Origin: Lingula anatina
Taxonomy: Eukaryota; Animalia; Brachiopoda
Length of the DNA: 64,000 bases
Assembly: GCA_051362555.1 (NCBI GenBank)
Contig: CM120646.1
Location: forward strand, 4,092,001 to 4,156,000
Reading direction: 5' to 3'
The notes below the pieces were generated by a model, which searched no databases, had not been told where the DNA came from, and saw only the letters and a program-made list of their open reading frames with translations. Shown here piece by piece: positions 56,875 through 64,000 of this stretch; within the stretch, counting starts at the first letter, position 1, and every line of letters begins with the position of its first letter. A program made the translations under genes and the position numbers.

Positions 56875-59517
56875 TATGTACAGACACAGATGTGTCTGTA
56901 CATATTGCCATCACCTGCGTCTGTCGTCGCCGATGCCGTCGCCGATGCCGATGCCGATGCCGATGCCGATGCCGATGCCGTCGCCGATGCCGTGCACTTT
57001 CCTTGTAAACACGATAAGTGGAGGACAGTTTTACTTTTTGGCTTTATATTTACAGAGCTGATGAATATTCATAAAACGCAGGTCAAGTTCGAAAATCAGC
57101 ATGATCGGGCCATTATTGTAGAACTTATGCTGTTTTTTCACTTTTCAGCATATATGCAACCCTGTAAACACATTTTAAGGAACACCGTTAGGCCTGTTGT
57201 CATGAAACTCACAGGAGTAATCAATCTTACTAAAACGCAGGTCAAGTTCGAAAATCGGCATGATCGGGCCATTACTTTAGAAGTTATGCTGTTTTTTCAC
57301 ATTTCCTCAGATTCAATTCTTAGGCATGTTAACAGTCTTATTATTTTACTAATAAGATACATAAAAGTGTTTGTTTGACATTTCCTGAATCTTTACAAAA
57401 TTGTTAGTTGATTATGTAAAAATGATGGTAAACTTGTTATCGTGTATTGTGTAATAAAGTGTCAAAAATGGAAATAAACTCATATCATTGCAGTTTGTCA
57501 GATGCAATCATTCACTATGTTCAGAATCTCAGGATGGAGGAAATTGGACATTTAACACTGTTGTATTGATATTTTTCCCATCTCATCAATTTTCTTAGTT
57601 GATCGTATAAAAATGGCAGTAACCTGTTAATTTTGTTTATGTTAAAAAAATTGTTAAAAATGGAAAAAAAACATTTCAGAACAGTGCTGTCTTGTTTACA
57701 TTTTGGCATTTTCAAGTTGTGACTTTGAAGTTCCATGGGCCTGAAGACCTTTGCTAGTCACATTTTCTGAATATCCATGATACTAATATTTTATTATTAA
57801 AAATTGATGGTCATTAAGCTGTTTAACATTATGTAATATTGCATCAAAATTTGAAAAAAACTTATTTTGGGCACTGCTCCCATGATGACCATTTAAGAAA
57901 AACCATGTCACTTACTGTTCTCAAACAGTACAGTAAATATGTACAGATGTGTCTGTACATATTGCCATCACCTGCGTCTGTCGTGGCTGGCTTTGCCGTC
58001 ACTGTCACTGTCACTGTCGCCGTCGCCGTGCACTTTCATTGTAAACGCGATAAGTGGAAGGCAGTTTTACTTTTTGGCTGTATATTTACAGAGCTGATGA
58101 ATATCCATAAAACGCAGGTCAAGTCCGAAAATCAGCATGATCGGGCCATTATTGTAGAACTTATGCTGTTTTTTCACTTTTCAGCATATATGCAACACTG
58201 TAAACACATTTCAAGGAAAACTGTTAGGCCTGTTGTCATGAAACTCATAGGAGTAATCAATCTTACTATAACGCAGGTCAAGTTAGAAAATAGGCATGAT
58301 CGGGCCACTATTTTAGTTATGCTTTTTTTTTTCACTTTTCAGCATATATGCAACACTGTAAACACAAAATAAGAAAAACAGATAGGCCAATTGTCAGTAA
58401 ACTCACAGGAGTGGTCATTCCTGCTAAAACGCAGGTTGAGTTTAAAAATCAGCTTAATTGGGCCATTATTTTGAAGAAATGCTGTTTTTTCACATTTCCT
58501 CAGATTTAATTCTTAGGCATGTTAACATGCATGTTTCATTATTTAATTAGTAAGATAAGTAAAAGTGTTTGTTTGGCATTTCCTGCATCTTTACAACATA
58601 TGTAAAAATGATGGTAAACTTGTTATCTTGTATTGTGTAATAAAGTTTCAAAAAATGGAAATAAACTCATATCATTGCAGTTTGTCAGATTCAATCATTG
58701 ACATTCACTATGTTCAGAATCTCAGAATGGAAGAAATTGGACATTTAACACTGCTCTATTGATATTTTTCCCATCTCATCAATTTTTTTAGTTGATCATA
58801 TAAAAACGGCACTAAACTGTTAATTTTGTTTTATGTTAAAAATTGTTAAAAATGGAAAAAAAAAAAATTCAGAACAGTGCTGTCTTGTTTACATTTTGGC
58901 ATTTTCAAGTTGTGACTTTGAAGTTCCATGGGCCTGAAGACCTTTGCTAGTAACATTTTCTGAATATCCATAATACTCATCATTATGCTGTTAAACATTA
59001 TGTAATATTGCATCAAAATTTGAAAAAAAAAAACTATTTTGGGCACTGCCCCCATGATGACCATTTAAGAAAAACCATGTCACTTACTGTTCTCAAACTT
59101 ACAGGAAAGAAACATGGGACTAAAATACAGCTTCAGTAGGCAATGCAGTCTGTTTGGTAATTCTTACTGCCAGTTAAACAGTTTTTTTGTGAAAATTTAA
59201 TTTTTCACATATTGGCATTTTCAAGGTGTAACTTTGAAGTTCCACGGGCTTGAAGACCCATGCTAGTCACATTTTCTGAAAATCCATGTATATTTTATTA
59301 TTAAAAATTGACGGTCATTATGCTGTTAACCATTATGTAATATTGCATCAGAATAGAAGAAAACACAATTTTGGGTGCTGCTTGAGCATAATTAAAATTT
59401 GATGTTGAATTTGCAGTTTAACATAATGTACTTTTGCATCAGAATTGACAGTAGCCTATTTTGTGCATAGTTATTTCCTGTTTTTTGTCTGTACATTTGA
59501 CAGCTTTGCTGCCTTGT
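56875..59517 (+). mobile_element. Second HINE-like element (different family) with a duplicated 5' module
   Basis: 5' hairpin TATGTACAGACACA-GA-TGTGTCTGTACATA, (GCCGAT)n microsatellite, ~160-bp internal repeats, a second 5' module from ~57939, 3' subTIR TGTCTGTACAT at 59486-59496, then a CAGC-TTT-GCTG hairpin and CTTGTTTT. Confidence 0.75.
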
Positions 59518-60447
59518 TTTTACATAACCATAGAATTGCCAGCTAGTCTGAAGGTTTATCAATATTGAAATCTTCATAATTACAGGTCATTTGTTTAACA
59601 TGTTGCTGCTATAGAATTTTACTAGTTATATACTAGTAATGGAATTTATTTCTACTAAGTGCGTATGATATGTATAGATATGCTGAATGTGAATTTGTTG
59701 AGTAAGAAAGTGTTCCCAATGAAACTATCATTCTACATAGATGGATCCAACTCTGCAGGGACACTTGCTGAATGCAGTCACATTAACTGAATGACAGGCC
59801 TCCTCAAGGAGCTAAATAAGTGGGTGATTTACTTCCATATGCATTCGGTCACACTAAAATGAAGTGAAAAAGCTTCCAGAAGCCATATTTATGCTTACAA
59901 TCATCTAAATTTGAAAAGGGATTTACAGTCCATAATTTTCTCATTAGGTTTGGATATGGTGTATCTTTGTGTTTCAGGGACAAGTGTTTCGTAATATTTC
60001 TTGGACATTTTTTTTTTTTTTGCTATGAGAAGGCCATATGTTCATTGGGCCGTATGCATAAAAATGAAGCAAATACTTATAGCAGAAGCAAAATGTAAAA
60101 GCATATGCTTGAAGTAAAAAGTAAAAGTAGAAGCATTCACTTGGTTTGGTATGCATAATTTTTTACTTTTACTTCAAGGCAAATGCTTATACTTGGCAAG
60201 CATTTGCTTGTTTACCACCTATTTTGTCCTTGGTTGAGCACGGATACCACAGGTTATGCAACATTTTTAACAGGTTCAAAGTAATCCTCTGACTGTCACT
60301 CAGTGCAAAGGGACAAGTTAACATGAAACTGACCAACCATCTTTTGTATGGGTTATGAAATGACGACCTTCTAGAGTTTGTCCTCTAACTGTCAGTTCAA
60401 AAGACAATTCTACTAGGTACATGCAGACACATCACTCCTGAACAGAG

Positions 60448-61453
60448 ATGTCAGACGCAAAGCAGAAAACCTTCGTTGCATTGCTTAAGGAGATGCCTGT
60501 TCTTCTGAATAAATCTCAAATCCCCAGTATGACACAGATGAAGACTGATGCAAGTGAGAAGTTTATTACGTCTTACAAATTAAAAAGTGGAATATCACTA
60601 ACTAAGGAACAGCTCATGAAGAAGATCAACAACATGCGAAATACAGTAAAGTCCAAATCTGACATTAAAAAAACTGGCAACAAACCAATCAAATTGTGTG
60701 ACTGGGAGCAGGAATTCCTGGATTTGCTGGATGCAGAATCCAACCCATCTTTCAGCCGCGTACCTGGTATGTTCTCTTAAGCAAGTACTAGCACGTACGC
60801 AACACACATGCAGCACTTTTCTTTTGTTATTTCACAGCAGATTGCACCTACAACAAAATAAATATGCTGTGTGTGCGTCGCAATGCAATCAGCAGTAGCA
60901 GACAGGCCATATGCATGTCCTACGTTGCGTTTTTCACAAATTATATTTCTAATTAAGAGTTCTTGATTGATATACATGTATACCTAAAAATGGAATCGAA
61001 ACCATTTTCGTAAAATGTTAATAACGAATAAATTTTGATGACAAAATACAAACACCAATGCTGTGACAGAGTAAAAATAATCCAAGAAAATTTATAAGGC
61101 ATATGACATGAAACGAAAGCTGTCCAATAACACTGGTTACAGGTATGGTTTATTGTACTTAAACAGGTGGAGTTAGTGCTGTTGTTCACTCCAAACGGTC
61201 CACTGCTGCTGCTGCTGCTACCATTGAAGACTCGGAAGAAGACGAACCGACGCAGGTGGAAAATGAAGAAATCTCAGCTCCTACTCCTAATAAGAAACCT
61301 AAATTACCACCTCCACCATCACGAAAGAAGTCAAATGACCTACCTGAAACGGAAGAAACAAAAGATCTAACAACGCATGAACTGCAACGCCTTGTGCTCC
61401 TAGAACAGTTGAAACTCATCAGGATGCAGCAAAATCAAATTGAAAATCAATAA
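60448..61453 (+). CDS. Harbinger Myb/SANT-like accessory protein (exons 60448-60766, 61167-61453)
   Basis: LLNKSQIP..QLMKKINNMRNTVKSKSDIKKTGNKPIKLCDWE..NPSFSRVPG|G. A GT-AG intron joins in frame to the acidic, coiled-coil C-terminus LQRLVLLEQLKL. Confidence 0.8.
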
Positions 61454-61560
61454 GACTGTAGTAACCATTCAACATATTTGCTTCTTGTAGCTTATAGTGA
61501 TAATTAAAACTTACCAAATTAAATTACACCCAGGTCCTTCTGTTCCCTCCATCATTCACC

Positions 61561-62577
61561 CTAATCCTGTAAGTCATGCAGAATAGCTGCTATCTCCCGT
61601 TGCCTATCCTGTCCCCTTCGGCGAATCCTATTTTGGTTATCCTCGTTTTCATCATCATCATCTTCTTCATTTACCCAATCTCTGAATTCTGGAAAGTCTT
61701 CTGGATCCTGAAGATACTTGGACACGTTGTGCAGGATGAAGCAAGCTAAGATTACTTTTGGGATTTTCTCAAGCTGGACCCGAACAGGCCCCTGCAGAAT
61801 AGGAAATCTTCTCTTCACCTGTCCAAAGCAACGTTCAATGATGACACGTTCTTTCTTATGAACCTTATTGTAGGATCTTTGCTCTGGAGTAGCTGGATCT
61901 TTGAATGGGGTCATCAGCCAGGGGGCAATGCCATAGCCTTCATCTCCCAACAACAAAGCATCAGATCTGGAGTTTGACATGAAGCGGCCCACTGGTGAAT
62001 TTTTCCAAATACGGCTGTCATGAACAGATCCGGGCCATTCAGCTGACACACTAGTGAATCGTTTGCTAGCATCACATGTTGCCTGCACATTCAGTGTGGG
62101 CACCCCCTTTCGACAAACGTACTCATCCCCATGTTGTCCAGGTTTTTGGATAAGAATATGAGTGCAATCTAGGGCTCCTATTGCGCAAGGAAAATTGCAT
62201 TTTTCCAGCCATGAATCTTTTGCCTTTTGAATGTCATCAGGATCAGTAGGAAACTGTATCCAGATGCTGGCCTTCTCAACCACCTGCTCCAGAACATTAG
62301 CAAACGTCCTTGACACAGTACACTGATGGATCCCTATGTCCTTGCCCACTCCAACCTGAAATCCAGGGTCACCAATATAGCGGAGGAAGACTTCCATTCA
62401 TTGTTTGTTTGAAAGTGCACCTCCCCTGGTTTCAGAATTTTCAAACAGAAAATGCTCAGCCATCCATGTAACATTTTCCTCCATAAAACGGAATTCTGCA
62501 TGGTAAGAAGGTGATGCCTGGTCTCGTCGAGGCTGGTACACCTTCCTCCTAGGACCAAGTTGCATAAATGCAGCCAT
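61561..62577 (-). pseudogene. HARBI1-like DDE transposase with one in-frame TGA at 62400-62398
   Basis: GALDCTH, WPGSVHDS, LGDEGY and RVIIERCFG motifs. The two ORFs abut in the same frame across ...NKQ*MEVFL. Confidence 0.88.
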
Positions 62578-64000
62578 TTTGCTCACGGTCAACTGAACAC
62601 TTCACTTCAAGTTGAAAGTCAAGGTAGATCTGCAGCTACCTTGAAATTTTGAAGCAAATACTAGGACAGTTTGAGCAAATGCTCAGTTTTATACATATGG
62701 TTTTTAGCATTTGCTAGAATGAAACAAGTAAATGGTAAATGCTTTTGCTAATACCAATAGCTTTTAGCAGAAGCATTTACTTGGGAGTGTTGTGCATACA
62801 GACTGAAGTAATTGCTTCAAATTTTTAAGTTAAAAGCATTTACTTTTTTTATGCATACGGCCCATTGTGTTCTTTTCACAAAAAAATTACCTGTATATAA
62901 TTTTGTGATTCCATTAATGGAAGGTTGGTAATTAGTTGTAGTGTAAATCCTTCCATAATCTATGGCTTTGTATGTTCCTGGAAAAACACCATTTCTGTTA
63001 AGTTATATCACTTCGAGTTTTTTCAAGTTTCACAGTAGAGGTCACCCTTTGTAGTTACATAAATTATATAGTTTTAACATTAGGATGTAGTATTGCTATC
63101 TAGTATGTAGGATGATTAATATTGCAATCTTAATAATTGTATAATTATGTTTATCATGTGGCTACAATAGAGTTACTAGATATTTAATGGAATTTGATTC
63201 TGATACATATGTATAATTTAATATGTGTGAAAATGTTTTAGAAAGATAGTTTTTTATCTTACGTAGCTCCAGCATGGAATGTGCAGGGATGAGATTTCTC
63301 CAACTATCAGCAGATTTCTGACTTTTTGGGAGCCAAAAATATCACTGGCCTAGGTCCCCACCCCCACCCCACACCATCTTTTTCTACTTTTTTGCTTAAG
63401 GGCAGTCTTGTCCCTTGTCCTAGAATGTTACACTAGTCTACAGGCCTATCCAACTACCAGACACGTCCCAATGGAGCTGAGATTTAATGACTGTACCCCC
63501 ACAGGGACGATGCGTGGGGAGGCGTGTGAGAGGCGGAGAGACTATTAAAAGATTAGGCGGTTTTTCTTTCATGTACGCCCGTCATATTTAGTTTGTGGAT
63601 TTGTAGAGCCATGGCTCAACTCGTTGTGAATGCGGTCTAAGTATCTGCCGAATGGTGTGATTATTAATGTCATCTTGACTATCCTCAAAATTTCAAGGAA
63701 TGTTCCTCGAGAAGGGTACAGAAAGACCCTCGTCCCAACTTTACAGAATCACAGTCAAATAGTATTCAGACCAGTGCTTCAATTTTATGATTCCCAGGTT
63801 AAAGTAAAAATACATAGAAATTAATGGCTAAAAATGTATTAGGAATCAGTTGTGATATTAACCAAGATTTTTTGTATTTGGGAGTATGGGACCGAAATTT
63901 TGAACAGTTAAAAAATTTTATCCTGTTTTTCTGATCTCTTGTGAATTGCAAGAACTGACTGAAAATAAACAAGAAACCTAAAGGAATTTATCACAATTAA

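Larger units (their letters stand above)
60047..62863. mobile_element. Full-length PIF/Harbinger DNA transposon with two convergent genes
   Basis: TIR GGGCCGTATGCATAAAAA / TTTTTATGCATACGGCCC, 3-bp TSD ATT, a transposase and a Myb-like gene. Confidence 0.95.

Noticed and set aside
56849-58372. 170-aa and 177-aa ORFs as a duplicated gene pair
   Set aside because: They are read through microsatellite and internal repeats of a HINE-like element and show no protein-like features.
62398-62400. In-frame TGA as selenocysteine because it lies within SELENOS
   Set aside because: It is on the opposite strand in a transposase at a non-Cys position, and no SECIS is evident.

Overview
AT-rich animal genomic DNA with spliceosomal introns. 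The repeat types suggest a lophotrochozoan or mollusc, but the species cannot be fixed from sequence alone. Five host genes can be spliced together by hand with consistent GT-AG phases: a BBX-like HMG-box gene (-, runs off the left edge); a USP2-like deubiquitinase (-, 13 coding exons, ~653 aa); TEN1 (+, 2 exons, 127 aa), head-to-head with USP2; a ~1148-aa atypical IkappaB-like ankyrin protein (-, 12 exons); and selenoprotein S (+, only 3 exons seen), head-to-head with the IkappaB-like gene. The introns hold many mobile elements: a full-length Ty3/gypsy (Mag-like) retrotransposon with matching LTRs inside TEN1, a two-gene PIF/Harbinger with one nonsense codon, a Myb-only Harbinger derivative, two Helentron-type non-autonomous elements (one carrying a 146-bp satellite), and several MITEs. 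I found no CRISPR, rRNA or tRNA genes, and nothing I can defend as a wholly new multi-gene system. The strongest leads are the kappaB/STAT/CRE/UPRE-like shared promoter of the IkappaB-like gene and SELENOS, the gypsy integrase with a displaced catalytic Asp, the triplicated His-box acceptor in USP2, and the 146-bp DR1-bearing satellite with 5-unit higher-order structure.
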